Made by a program: the position numbers and the translations under genes. DNA of 64,000 nucleotides, taken from Negaprion brevirostris. Lineage: Eukaryota. The notes under the pieces are model-generated. The model was not told the origin of the DNA. It worked only from the letters and a program-made list of their open reading frames with translations, and did not search any database. Shown piece by piece: positions 1 to 13,275 of this stretch (positions are counted from its first letter, which is position 1; the number at the start of each line of letters is the position of its first letter). The stretch spans positions 39,881,378 to 39,945,377 of the forward strand of contig JARDVH010000042.1 in the NCBI GenBank assembly GCA_030324005.1, given 5' to 3'.

Positions 1-545
1 TCCACTCTATCCGCCCTTCATAATTTTAAACACCGCAATGAAATCTCTCTTTAACACATCTGTTCCAAACAAAACAAACCCAACTTATCCACTCTTTCAT
101 TGTTGCTAAACTTGTATATTCCTATGAACAACTTTGTAAACCTCCTCTGTATCCTTTATAGTGTGATCCCACCCATCCTATAATGCAGAGACCACAACTG
201 TGCACATTACTCTAGCTGTGGTCTAACTAGCATTTTAAGCAGCTCTAGTATAATCTCCATGGTTTTCAATTCTATGCCTTGTATAATAAAGAAAAATGTC
301 CTGTGTGCTTTCTTAATCTCCTCATCTACCTGTCCTGGTAACTTTGTGGATGCGCATCAAGGTCACCCTGTTGCTTTACATTTCTCAGTATCTATCATTT
401 ATCCCCCAAATGCATTATCTCACATTTTCCCAGACTTGGTTGCATTTGCCATCATTTTTCTCACTTTGCCAGTACACTCTTATCTTCCTCAATGCTAACC
501 ACACAACATTATTTTGTGTTATCTGCAAACTTAATTGTGCCCCTA
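1..545 (-). mobile_element. Decayed CR1-clade LINE, 3' part of RT region
   Basis: 'gaccacaactgtgcacattactctagctgtggtctaact' is the antisense of the CR1 RT C-terminal motif VRP.LEY.(V/A)Q.WS; no intact ORF. Confidence 0.75.
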
Positions 546-3500
546 CATTTAAATCTGAATCATGAAAAGCAAGGGGCCCAATAATAATGCTAAATAAAAT
601 CATACATGCTAGACTGTACTTCATTTTAATTTTGAACTACAAAGTTCAGCTTTTCATCAGTAACATTAGTGTGTTACTGTGTCACATGATATCTCAAATT
701 AATGTCATATGACGTATTTCATTTGTCCTATCTAAACAAAATGTACACTNNNNNNNNNNNNNNNNNNNNNNNNNNNNNNNNNNNNNNNNNNNNNNNNNNN
801 NNNNNNNNNNNNNNNNNNNNNNNNNNNNNNNNNNNNNNNNNNNNNNNNNCCCTGGATCAAAATGTTCTTCCAAAAAAAATTCGATCTCTCCACCCCCTGG
901 CTGCCTCTCCCAAACTTAACATTTAACACTAGATTTTCATGCTAACCTGAATGAAACCCTTTTTTTCCTACAGTGACAACAGCCGTGATTTAAGAGCGAA
1001 ATCTTCTGTCTCTTCATGCCAGTTGCCCTGCAAAAACCCTGGCATGCACCCCTTGCGCTTCATCCTTGCATGACACCTCCTGCATGCCTCCCCTTTGTAC
1101 CCTCCCACTCTGGCCTCACCCCTTGACACTGCCCCTGGATCACTGCCAAATGGGCACAGCCCAGCCATGCCCTGACCACACGAATGCTTAAATGACTTCC
1201 AAGTTCCCCGCCGTGGCCATTGTGCTTGGTCTCCACTAGTGGAGACAAGTAGTGATTCTTGCCGGTCCCATGGGAGCTGGGAAAATCCGGCGTCCAAAAG
1301 GCTAAGCATATTTAAATACTACTTTAAATACGTTAATCGATCTAGTTCATGCAATTATAAAGGGACCAGGACAATTGCAAGCCATTCAGTGCCAGGGACT
1401 GTACCGATTTTTAGGACTGCACACTATTCCCCAGGATCGCCACTTTCTGCACTAGGCCTGGCAAGATTGGAAACTAGCCTCCATAAGAAAAGCTCCCAAG
1501 TTTTTATTTTAGTTTGCAGTCTGTATATTTGTATAACTCCAAAGGAACAAGATTTTTTTAAATTGGCTTAAGATAGATGATGCAATCCTCCTGCTGCAAT
1601 GCAAAAATAGAAAAATTACAAAATGAGAATGGATCAAATATCGCAAAATACATTGGCATAAAACAGGTGCCCAAGTGTCCAATATTACAGATGGCCAGAA
1701 GTGTGTTACCGCCCAGATTAATAAATATTGAATTACAGGAGCAGGGTTTTGGGTCAGCACCCCAATATAAGCATCAGATAGGGGCTCTTTTCCCCACAAT
1801 GAGATGGGAGCAGTCACTCAACATGGATTTTGCCTGAATAGGCCAATTGGCAGCCAGATGGTGCACTTGCAGTTCAGTTAAGAATGATGGGCAGGCTCCC
1901 AAAGTTGGAGGGCGAGAAGGAAGCCCTCCAGCATTGAAGAAGCTGCAGCCTGTAATTGCAAAGGAGAGAGGGAGGGATGGAGGTACCTCTCAGCAATTTT
2001 AAAGAGAAACATGGTCACAGGTGCCAGCCATCATTCTGGAGAGACAATCCCTTTACACAGCAGAATGGGGCTGCAGCTGTGGTGAAATAGCAGGGTGTCT
2101 TGGGTGGGGGGAGGGGGGTGGTGGCAAATGGCTCATTCACACTATTATTGAGCTTAAATAGTGTAATAATTCCTGTTCGGGACAATCACCACAAATAGTT
2201 ACACACCACTTGCAGGCTGACAGCTCATCCGCCCCCGATCTGGCCTCCCCAGAATGGCTTGGGTGTGAGACAGTGCCACTAAACTGGAACACTGGCTTTG
2301 GCATGTAATCATGTATCTGTCCATCTCTGTTCCTGCCCACAGGTCAGGACGAAAAGCCTGCTCCAGGTGCCCAGTGCCTGAATTTGAAGAAGGAACATAT
2401 AAGTTGTATGCCGGAAGTCCAAGTATTTTGGGCCTACCTGTTGTGGTGCAGAGATTGTTCCCTGCTACCAGTTCATGACAACAGGCCAATGCTACTGTCA
2501 CTCCTATTATTTCCTGATTAATCAATGGAAAAAAATCTTATTTTCTTAAGCTATTGTGGATGGCTCTCCTACTGCTATGCCCAAGTGTGGTGACAGCTGC
2601 AAGACTCAAAATGCAGGGCAGAAGGGTACATATCAATCACCCTGGTGACAGTGACAGCTGAAAATTGTGCTTTAATATTTCCACTCACAGATCAAATTTC
2701 TGTCAAGGACATTTTACCTTCAAGTAAACAGCTTAAAATTTTAATCTTTGAATTGTAACATTTAACTTGATTTTGTGCAGTAAAGAAGAGTTGAATCACT
2801 TTCAAGTATTTTAAATACAAAACATTGTGCAGAAGGTGCTTCAGTTAGATTTTTTTGCATTGAAATGATACCAATTGATGATAAAAAGCTGTCTGCATTG
2901 TTTATGGAACTGTTCAGCTTTGTCTTATGTAGCTATGTGCCTTGCAGATAAAATGTTACAATAGGGGATAACCTGAGGGGGTCACATATTGTTATGTTTA
3001 TTGTATATCATGAAAAGGAGTTTTTGATTACATGCAAAAAAATATTGTCAATGTTGTCTCAAGCACTGAAGAACAACCCTTCTTTCCTGCCAGCATTTTG
3101 TAAATATTTTGGTAACTCCTATCAGAGAACAATAATGAAATCTAAAATTGGAAATCATCTTCCTTCATTTCCATTCAATAGAACTCACTTTTGTTTAACA
3201 CTGTTGATGATAGGCTGTATACGTGTAAATTATGAGACCCTTTCTGGTTCTCAAAAAAACAATAGAGCCCATGCAAAATAACACGGATTACAAGTTACTG
3301 TGCTGACATCTCAGAACCATAATAAATGGCAAGGCACAAGCTACATTTCACACATTTTTGACCACTCACAAATACAAGATCCTGTTGTCCAAATGAACCA
3401 GCGCACCCAGAATTGGAAGCAACTGATGGTCCAAAATTGAAGCAGTGCATTATGTTGACCTTCTGCGTATTGGCAACTACTTTATTATGCTTTGCTGTCT

Positions 3501-4489
3501 TCAGTCTCCATTGTGTACTAAGTTGATGTCGCAAAACTCATGGCAAATGATGCTTTCACCTTGAAGAAAACGTAAACATGTTTTAACTAGCATGAGGATG
3601 TTTACAGCAGGGGTGAACCTGACTACTATCTACTAGCACCAGCAAACAACAAATAGGACATCCTGATGACTGAGGCCCAGCCGTTATCCACAGTTACAGA
3701 TGGAATTATACGGCCTGGGCCATAAAATGCAGGGGAGTCTTTCAAAAGTCCATTGACTTCAGCAGGACCATAAAATTCTGCCAGCGTAATATTCTACTCA
3801 CAGTTTTTGCACATATGAGGAATGCTGTACTGACACTTGCCAATCTTAAATCATATCTGAATAAATGCCAATGTGAAATTAAAAATGCATCACTAATGTA
3901 TTTTCCTTTAATGTTAGCATTTCACAGGGTTTCCCTGCCATCAGGAAGAACCTAGGAAAACAGTACTGTTCTAATGTTTATTGATGGTGGTCACTTGATA
4001 AAGGAGCTATTCATATCAAGGTAGATATAAACTTCAAATAAGCAATGCCAATTATTGTCAATGGCATAGACATCACGGTTATGCACTGTCCACATTTACA
4101 AACCAAAATTACAAACCATGCCTAACATTTCCCAATTTTGGTGATAGTCTGGCTGAGCTAGCTGGTAACTTTGTCAGTAGAATGAATCCCCATTTGGAGA
4201 AGTTAAACCCTAGTTCTCAATTTTTATTCAAATTCAATTACAGTCAACTAGTGAGTTACACTAACTTCTAGCTAGGCTGATGGGTGAAGCATGAAATGAT
4301 GAAAAGGCTTTGATTCTTCAGGGCCAACCTTCTCTTTGCCACGTCATTGACATCTCCAAAAACAAGGAGATAATGGACTCTGCCAAGTTGAAGGACATCT
4401 GGCAAGCCAAACTGGTTCCCTGTTGCCCCACCGTGACTCCGCCTAATCCTTAGCTTGATTTGTTTCCCCTTGTTTCTCTCCCATGTTTG

Positions 4490-5960
4490 CATAAAATTCT
4501 TCTCAAGCTTGTGGAGTCAATGAGATGTACTCCCTCTCCCTCGAGCCCATTTTCAGTACACTGCTGGCCACTATCTTCCATTACTGACCCACATGTCAAC
4601 TAACATTATAAATGACTCCATCCCTTGAGGCACTGTCCCCTTCATTTCAGAACTAGGTCACATCTCTCTTCAAAAAGAAATCCACCCTTACAACCTCTGT
4701 TCTTGTAAACTACTGCTTCATCTCCGATTCCCTTTCTCTCTCCAAACTCATCAAATGTGTTGTCTTCACTCAAATCCACCCCAATTTCTCTCACAATCCT
4801 TAACTAAATCTTTTCGTTCAGACTTTTATTCTGCCACAGCACCAAACAACCAAAATTAAAGTTACTAAATATATTTTGTATGAATGCAGCTATGGTACAT
4901 TATCCTTTTGCATCCTATTCACCCTCTGATAAGAGTCCATCATGCTATCTTCCTCCAACATCTTTTCTCTGATATCCAGTTCAATGGGACTAGCCTTGTG
5001 GCTACATATCCAGCTACTGCATTGTAGCCATGGGGCATGCAGCAATGGTTTGATTTCTGGAGTTCCAAAAGGATCTATCCTTTTCCTTCTCCACCCCCCC
5101 TCTTGTACATCTACAAATTATCCTATGACAGTATCATCTGCAGACATCAGTTCACTGCTAACATTTACTGGCAAAACGCAGCTCTACCTCTTCACCACTT
5201 ATATTAAGCCCTGCACTCCTTTGTGATGCCAGGTTACTTATCTGACATCTGGTTTTGAACCATATTTCCACACGCCACCATTCCCTTCTCCCCACCCCAT
5301 TAAATAATGGGAAGACCAAACCAGCTTCAAACCCTGCCACAAAATCCACAGATTTGCCATCAATTCCATTCCCCTTCCTAGCACAGATAACAAGATGATT
5401 TGCATGCAATCAATCAAAAGCTGAGCTTCAGAACCAAGATCCTGCCTATCACAAAGTCTACCTGCTTCCATTTCTGTAACATCACCCACCTCAGCGAATC
5501 TGTTGCTGAATCACTTACCATGCCTTTCTCTATTCCCAGTTTGATTAGTACAATTATTTTCTCACTAGCTTTCCTCTGGAAATTTCATCTCATTCAAAAA
5601 TCTCATCCTGCTTGCCAATAAATTCTGACCTACATGCCACAATGCTCGTTGATCTTTGCTCCCCTGGGGCTGCAAATTTAAAAATCTAATCCTGATATTT
5701 ACATTCTTTCAAGGGCTCACCCCTTTTAATCTTTGCAACTCTTTAGCCCCTCGAAGCTCCCTCAAATTTCCCATGCCTCTGATTAAGGTTACTTTTGCAA
5801 CTGTCACTTATCTCACCATTAGCAACTGTGCATATATAAATGTCTCGGTCCCATGCTCTTTTATTCCTATACTCAATTTTCTATTCTTTAAAACCTACTT
5901 CTTTGACAAAGCATTTGGCCACCCTCCCTTTTTTCGTTTTGGGGTTATCTTCTTTGTTAC
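4490..5960 (+). mobile_element. Decayed L2-clade LINE (RT to 3' end)
   Basis: Degenerate NYRPIS/PFLSK, QSGF..HST.T..KVT, GVP(K)GSIL (ORF 4942-5226) and terminal KTYFFDKAFG (ORF 5656-6018) motifs in the expected order, with frameshifts. Confidence 0.8.
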
Positions 5961-7419
5961 ATCTCTGTCAACTGGCTTGAGAGATTTTTCTGTGTTGATG
6001 GTTGTAATGATGCCCTAATGGCAATTGAGTAACTTTGTAGAAAGCATAAATAGCCTGCACTATCTTGTTATCCTGAGAAAAGAGAGGGGTGAAGGAACTG
6101 CAGCATCAGGGGTTAACATGACAACTATTATAGTCATAAAGAGATGAATAAATCACAAACTGCGTAACATTAAAATGGCATTTTACTTAGATGGTTTAAT
6201 TCATACATTTCCACTGAGTTACAAATTCAAGTCCATGTTGATAAGTTGGGGGCCTGACTTTATTTCTACACACAGGCCAGATCCTCCCTCAGATTTTCCT
6301 CATTCTGGACCACTTTTTCTATTCATGGCAGAATCATATGGGGATCTTCCTTTGATCAGCTGCAGCCTGCTCACTGTATTTCCACCCACTTCTCCAGCTT
6401 TGTGATATTTAAGTAGCAGTTCTCCCTTCAGACTTTAGTCTTAGTTCCCGCCATTAATTTTAAATTTCCTCCCTGTGTATCACTGGGATCAGCCAGTGGA
6501 CTGCAGTGGTCCTTTCAGCTCTTGCATATCATACTTTCCTGAGTATTTCTATTCTCGGGTTATACTAATGTTACATCAACATAACTTTGGATTATAGTCA
6601 GGAATTAGATTAAAAAATGCCATTTAAAAATTCAGAAGGGATGAAGTAGATAAATAGCTAACAGCAGTGCGCTGGTTGAACAGAGAAAGAACAAAGGGAA
6701 GATAGGTTTGATGGGCAGCAAACATAATATTCGCTTATTTCAGTTACAGAACTTTCATAATGGTATTTTGAGTCTTGAAGGCCATGGAGACTTTTATGGG
6801 ACGACTTATTCATTAGTTGCCTTATACACTCGGTAGTTTTACTTTTAAAGTTAGTAACGCATCAGTTGTTTTATTCAACATTCCTTCTAAACTAAAATTT
6901 ATAAGGCAAGTGTTATCCTACAGAAAATCATCTGTACAGAAAGTTAAATCTCTGATTACCTCATCTCACATTTCCAGCATCCTAATCAGCCTAATTAAAC
7001 CTTTGTTCATTTTTAAACCTCAGATGACAATTTGTTTAACTCCACCCTGCAGCAGTTCTGTGAAAATGCGAATTAAATTTGATCTTCTGACAGCAATTAT
7101 TAAATGTTCCCAACTGGCCCCAATTAAGCCACAAGGCTTACAGGACACAAAATCCACTGAAGTATCACATCTTTTACTTTATTGGTCACCTACAGTACTT
7201 TTATAGTCTCTGTGGCAGAATTTACATGAAGGCACAATGTCACCTAACCTGCCAAGTAAAAAGTCAAGTTGCCTGTGTTATTCACTAAACTATCTTGTTT
7301 ACATTTCATACCAAACATGCTGCTCAAATCAGATCTTAACTTTTTGTTAAAAAAAGAGTTAAAAGAACTTGAGATTATATAACACTTTATCATGTCCTCG
7401 GGATAATTTAAGTTGCTTT

Positions 7420-7770
7420 TCAGCCAATGAATTACTTTTGATTTGCAATTATGTGAGCTAAATGGAGCAGCCAATCCACACACAGCAAGGTCCTCCAAAC
7501 AGCAAATGAAACCATTAGCCAATTAAGCTGTATTTGGTTGTGCTCATTTAGAGGAAAGTTTTGGACACTAGAATACTGGTTGTTCTTGATGGTTTCTGAA
7601 TAGTTCCTTCAAATTTTTAGTAGCCATTTGAACCAACAGACAGACATAGTTTCAATTGATCATCATCACCTGAAAAACAGCATCTGACAAAACAGTGCCT
7701 CCTCAAACCCGCACTAGAGTATCTGTCTAGATTATGTGATCCCATTTTGGAGTGAGGTTTGAAGTCAAAC
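7420..7770 (-). mobile_element. Old Deu-domain-type SINE (SacSINE1-like), degenerate
   Basis: 'gcagccaatccacacacagcaaggtcctccaaacagcaa' and 'ggagtgaggtttgaa' align with the copies at 17630 and 50395; family name from recall. Confidence 0.6.
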
Positions 7771-8489
7771 TTTAACAAGAATTCAAAACGGTCAGCTAAT
7801 TTCTGTCTTTCACCATAATCCAGACTGATACAATAGCCGCTTTATACAAATAGACAGAATTTCAAAGGCTGGGCAGTACAGTCAAACCAAACACTGCACA
7901 CACTACCAAACTATTGCCTATTTGCCCAACTTTTACATTCACTATTTTCATAGGTCTTTATGCTCTGAAATGGCAACTGTGTGTCTTGAAGAGATCAGCA
8001 TATTTGACTTGACGTGTTCTTGTTTCTTTTAGCCATGTTTAGCAAAGCGTCTTTGATTATTTTTATGAATAGGTTTAGATAGTGCTCGAGTGGCTAAATA
8101 TATTTTTTTCACGCTATACTAGGGGAATAACATATTAAGACTTTTTGACTGGGTCTTCCCTATCTTGTTTTGGATGACATTTGCTTGGATTGTGTTCGTT
8201 GTAGTGACTACAGTGGGTATGATACTCCCATCCTCCTTAGGTCAGCCTGCTTTTTTTTGTACAGGTCTACTAAGGATTGATGAAAATAGATAAATTGTGT
8301 ATGGACCTCCAGAGTTGAGGCTCAGACTGTTCAATATTTCTTTGGTTGCATTGGTTAACATTAACATACAACTTTTACTTAGTTATTTACATCTCTGTGA
8401 TGATGGTTGTTCTGTTCCATACTCATTATTCTGATCACCTATCTCTTAACATGGTATTATTATTCATGTAGTTGGGATTGTGTCCTATT

Positions 8490-9234
8490 GGGCAGAATTA
8501 TGTTGAGGCATTGCCGGCTGGAAAACCAGCGAAAGACCCTCGCTGCCTCTATTCAGGAAGGCCTGCGAAACCACAAGCCAATCAATCAGGCAGCAGTGAG
8601 GCCAGCGGCAGGCCTTCCCTTGGAATCAAGACCCTGAGGGAGGAGACTTTGTGTACCAAAGCTGCCAATCAAAGGTCAGTGGATCTTGTGCTCATGACAG
8701 ACACGGAGAAGGGCATGGCTGCTCCCAGAGGGACAGGCACCAAAGCCCCAGGATCGTAACACAATTAAGACCACAGGGAATTAGTATGTGTTTTGGGGAA
8801 TGGGGGCCATGAAGAGAGAGATGTAGGGGAGTCAGAAGCGAAGGCCAGAGGGTAGCTCTCAGCAGGCCTCACCTCATCCCACTTCCCAATGAAGCACTGA
8901 GTGCCTTTGATCAATGGACCACTCCCACAGAAGATGACAAGCTGGTTGCATGGTTTAGCAGCCATGTGTGTCATGTGGCGAACGACTTGCCCATCATTAG
9001 GTTAATACCAACGGCGGACAGGTGAGGCCGAAATAAGTGGTCATAAATTATCCACTTAAGGGGCTCAATAGTTAACAGGGCAGGGAAGTCAAGCGTAGGC
9101 CTTTCTGTCCAGAAATTAATTCTGCTGGAGGCAGGAAGGCAGCATTGCACCATCATTCCACCCCAATTACATGCCCTACTCTCCTCCAAGTTCACCAACA
9201 GCAAGAGCAGAAGGTTCTGCCCATAATTTCAGCC
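8490..9234. mobile_element. Non-autonomous DNA transposon with TIRs (PIF/Harbinger-like), about 745 bp
   Basis: GC-rich block bounded by gggcagaattatg (8490) and cataatttcagcc (ending 9234), an imperfect inverted repeat. Confidence 0.6.
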
Positions 9235-9365
9235 AGAAGCTCACTGGATCACTGTGTATTTTTAAAATAGTGCATGGATTATTTATTTACCTGTTAAATG
9301 CATCTCATTATGTTATTAACTGGCATCATATTTACAATGATGAAACAATACACTGGAAAAATAAA

Positions 9366-9502
9366 GGCCAGAATTCTCTGGTCTTGTGTGCCTCGCTATC
9401 GCCGCCAGCAAGAATGGAAAAATATGGCGCTCAGCCAAGTCTCCGTTCACAGCAGTGGACCCAGATAATCCCAGCCGTGGACAAGGTCAGAGAATTCTGG
9501 CC
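9366..9502. mobile_element. MITE, 137 bp (PIF/Harbinger-like)
   Basis: Perfect 15-bp TIR ggccagaattctctg / cagagaattctggcc (20/22 when extended); aaa on both flanks is a possible 3-bp TSD. Confidence 0.8.
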
Positions 9503-9754
9503 AAAATCTTATTTGACCCTACACTACCTGAATAATATTAAATCTGTGCACTTTGATTCACTTTGCATGCACAACTAGCATTTTTTTTAATTCACCGATG
9601 TGTTAAGCAACAGAGTGCAGACATCAAATATAATTCTGTAGTATATTATAGAATATACTATATTCGGTACAGTATACAATGAAAATCTGAATGTCAAGTT
9701 GCAAATCTTGAGGAGACTGTTTTCAGTATGCAAGAAACAAAGTATGGAGCTAAC

Positions 9755-9989
9755 CTTTGTATCCTTCATTTCTGCTCTAATTTTCTCGCATATGTTGAAT
9801 GGTAAGTTACAGAAGAATTTTCCCATGTCATCAAATTGTAGAATTGTATGTCAGACGAGTAGCCCCAGGATTTAGAGCACAGCGAGTTTGTGCTAACCCA
9901 GGGCACAGATGAATTAAAAACAGCCTCATGAGAATGCAGCAACTCCTGTTCGCATCTGGCTGTCTTTACTCTGAACTCCCAACACCTGC
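9755..9989 (-). ncRNA. Candidate exon of minus-strand spliced transcript
   Basis: Acceptor tttgactttacag| and donor aaag|gttagc; no recognisable protein. Confidence 0.25.
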
Positions 9990-10747
9990 CTGTAAAGTCA
10001 AATCGCCCTCTATAGCTGTGAAGAACACAAAGAATAGATTTAGCTGTGGCTCCTTTAGTATCAATATTTTTTAGAGTCAAGCCTGGACAGTGATTATGGG
10101 CAGTAAATCCAAGGCACATGCTGGCTGGCACCATTGTAACTTACATTTTTGTACAAATCAGGTTACTCCAGTTCAAGTCATAGTAATCAAGTAATAGTGA
10201 CTAAAAATGCCTCCAGCAATTATTGGTTCATCAAATGCAATGTTGATGCCCTGAGTCACACAAATGCAATCTGGGATTCATGGCATTAAATTGTCAGCAA
10301 AAATGTATCAGTATTTATAAGCTACAATAGTTCATGGTAGTTTTAGAACAGAACTTGAAATTCTATCATATGGCTCATCTTCACGCAGTAGTTGTGTATT
10401 CTGCGCCACATTAATGATACTAGATTATATGGCCTATAATACAATAGATGCTTCAAAATAGACAAAACAGCTGTAGTTATTTTATACCACATTGGATATC
10501 TTCACATTCATTATGTAATAGAAGTATGATTTTTAAAATAGCATTGACAACAAAAATGTAAACTTCAAATAAAAATGATTCTGTCCATTAGCAAGATATG
10601 ATATTTTCAGAAGCACTGCTACTGTGGATTCTGAAAACTCGGTGAATTGTGCACCATCTACATGGCAACACCTGAGCCAGTGAGGAAATATCTCTCTGCA
10701 TACAACGCATGTAGCTATAATAATGACAAGGCTGTCCTACGACTTAC

Positions 10748-10802
10748 TGACTCTGAACAGTTATTGAAGCTCTTCTAGTTTTCTTCCTCCTTAATCCACT
10801 CC
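10748..10802 (-). ncRNA. Candidate 55-bp exon of minus-strand transcript
   Basis: Acceptor ctcctgtattcaacag|, donor tca|gtaagt, purine-rich body; one open frame (SGLRRKKTRRASITVQS), not recognised. Confidence 0.35.
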
Positions 10803-11219
10803 CTGTTGAATACAGGAGCCATTTTTAGATTTGGTTAAGTGCCTTTTGTGGCTACACTGCTTCTTCCAGGCTGCCAGCTTCACCAAATCCAATAAGTTTA
10901 TTTTGGGGATTGCTGCTCGCTATCCCCACGAAACGTTACTGGGGAATTTCAAATAACAAAAAAAACTATCTTCAAAATACTCCCATTTCACTTTACTTTT
11001 TTAAAGGTTTAACAACTCCTTCTCAAATTTACAGTCCAGCAAATTATCACAAAATATCAACAGCTTCTCCATTAGGCTGACTCATCTTTAGACTCTGGGA
11101 TTTGATCTCCTGTTATCAAGGCTTTAAAAGTACAAGGTCAAATAAGGACACTGCCACCAACAGATGCAATGCCTATATAAACCTAACTTTATAATATTCA
11201 ACCTATACTCAAATTGCAC

Positions 11220-11441
11220 ATTATCATGCTAATTCTCTAATCAGTTGCGATTTTAAAAAGTAAAGAACATTAGGTGTGTGTTCTATATACTTTTTTTCCC
11301 CCCAACTTGAGATCATGTGACAATTTAAATCTGGGCCACATGCAGAAATACCCTGTATTGTTTGATATATAGTCTATTGTACACGCGGTTCATTAAGGCA
11401 TCAGAATTATTTAAATTAGCTGTAATATAAGGGAAATACTG
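11220..11441. repeat. Copy 1 of a local ~220-bp direct duplication
   Basis: Aligns along its length with 12076-12289 (e.g. shared ggttcattaaggcatcagaattatttaaattagc). Confidence 0.9.
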
Positions 11442-11559
11442 TGATGTACCATGAGCCAAGAAGGGATTCAATAGCATTCAAAATGATTTGTGAAAATTAA
11501 ATAATAGGGACAAAGAATGGCAGGTGCAACATTCAGTCAATTTAAGGTTGCTGTTAATG

Positions 11560-11720
11560 ACAAACAACGTGCACGTCACCTTTAATGTAGCAAATATCCC
11601 AAGGCACTTCACAGAGGAATAATGAAGAAAATGGATGATGTAACAAAGGAAATGTTTGGAGCAATGAAAAATGCTGGATCAAAGAATGGGGGAACTAGGA
11701 ACTTAAACCAGCAAAGAGAC
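11560..11720 (-). mobile_element. L2-type 3' end fragment
   Basis: 'tttaatgtagcaaatatcccaaggcacttcacag' is the reverse complement of the L2-type tail seen at 22700-22790. Confidence 0.55.
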
Positions 11721-12075
11721 AGGGGTAATAAACGAGTGTGATTTGGTATACGGAAGGGTACATCAGAGTTTTGGCAATAGGAACTCATATCATTCTTGAG
11801 GGAATGTCATTTTGTCAAAACTCAATAAATAATTGGTAGGTTCATATTAGAATCCTGTGGGCAGTTTTAAGCACTTCATATTCAAAGCTACTGATGACTT
11901 GTATAGCATACATGGAAAACTAACAAGAATAATTTTACACAGAAGTTGGAAATTATACAAGATCAAAGTCTTTAAAATAGAGTCAGGTCCTGTTTTCATA
12001 ATTGTGGATGTGAAATTTCTTATATTATGACTGCAGAGCTAACATACATTAGGAATGAATCGAGAGGGTAAAAGT

Positions 12076-12289
12076 ATTATCATGTTAATGCTCTAATCAG
12101 TTGAATTTTAGAAAAGTAAAGGTTAGGTATGTTCTATACACTTTTTCCCCCAACTTGAGAACATGTGAGAATTTAAGTCTGGGCCACATGCAGGAATACC
12201 CTGTATTGTTTTACACATAGTCTATTGTACACGTGGTTCATTAAGGCATCAGAATTATTTAAATTAGCCCTAATATAAGGGAAATACTG
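12076..12289. repeat. Copy 2 of the local ~220-bp direct duplication
   Basis: Aligns with 11220-11441 with scattered substitutions and small indels. Confidence 0.9.
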
Positions 12290-13105
12290 GAGTGGTTCTC
12301 CACATAGGAGGCACCCACTTAGAAAAGCTAATGAAAGAAGCGGAAGAAAACTGAACCCAGGTGGCACATTCCTTTACGCAAGCTATCCTNNNNNNNNNNN
12401 NNNNNNNNNNNNNNNNNNNNNNNNNNNNNNNNNNNNNNNNNNNNNNNNNNNNNNNNNNNNNNNNNNNNNNNNNNNNNNNNNNNNNNNNNTTTGCTCTAAC
12501 TTCTGAAAAAATATGAAATCATTTAGATTGGTGCCAAAGCCTGTAAACAGTGACTCGCTGCCCATTAACAAAACTATAAGGAAAGGGCAGACTTCCTGCT
12601 CCTCCAATGAAAAGAAATTCTAACTCTTCAAGCATCCATCAGTCTTTTGCCAACTGCTGACACCTGACATTCCATTCTCCCAAATGCTCATGGTATATCA
12701 TGCATTGTACTCCAGGAGTCCCATTAAAACAGTAAAATGAGCTGACCTCTTATTATTAAGTGTTGGCATCGCATTTCTGCGCAAGTGCAAGAACAGCCGA
12801 GGGATCAGCAGTCTCAGTGTCACTGCAACGGGATCATATTGTCAGCCTGTAATATGGACGCCCATCTAAAGCAATTAGTGCTCTGTTGATTAACTCATTC
12901 AATAAGAAGCTGCCCAATTAGCTGTTTAAGAATGAAACTGATGATTAAAAAGGTAAGTATTGACATGGATGATCAAATACTCTTTGGAATACTTTAATAC
13001 AAATATGTGGGACCATGGGAATGGTCTGCGATATGTAGCCAGTTTGAGCTGAATAATTAGACTGCAATGTTAAAATGACATCCTGCAGTTATGAGTCAAT
13101 CACTT

Positions 13106-13275
13106 ACTCATAGAATCTGCAGTGCCCATTGCGCCCGCACCTTGGTGCAGGCGCCCACCAAGGTCCTATCCCTGTAACCCCACATATTTACTCTCCTAAT
13201 CCCCTGACACTAAAGGGCAATTTAGCATGGCCAATCAACCTAACCTACACATCTTTGGACTGTGGGAGGAAACTT
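13106..13275 (-). mobile_element. HE1-type SINE, 3' part
   Basis: 'gggcaatttagcatggccaatcaacctaacctacacatctttggactgtgggaggaaac' is the reverse complement of the HE1 core. Confidence 0.85.

Noticed and set aside
3572-3608. miR-30-like sequence (minus strand tgtaaacatcctc) within a small hairpin
   Set aside because: Only the first 13 nt match and the hairpin is about 37 nt, too short for a pre-miRNA
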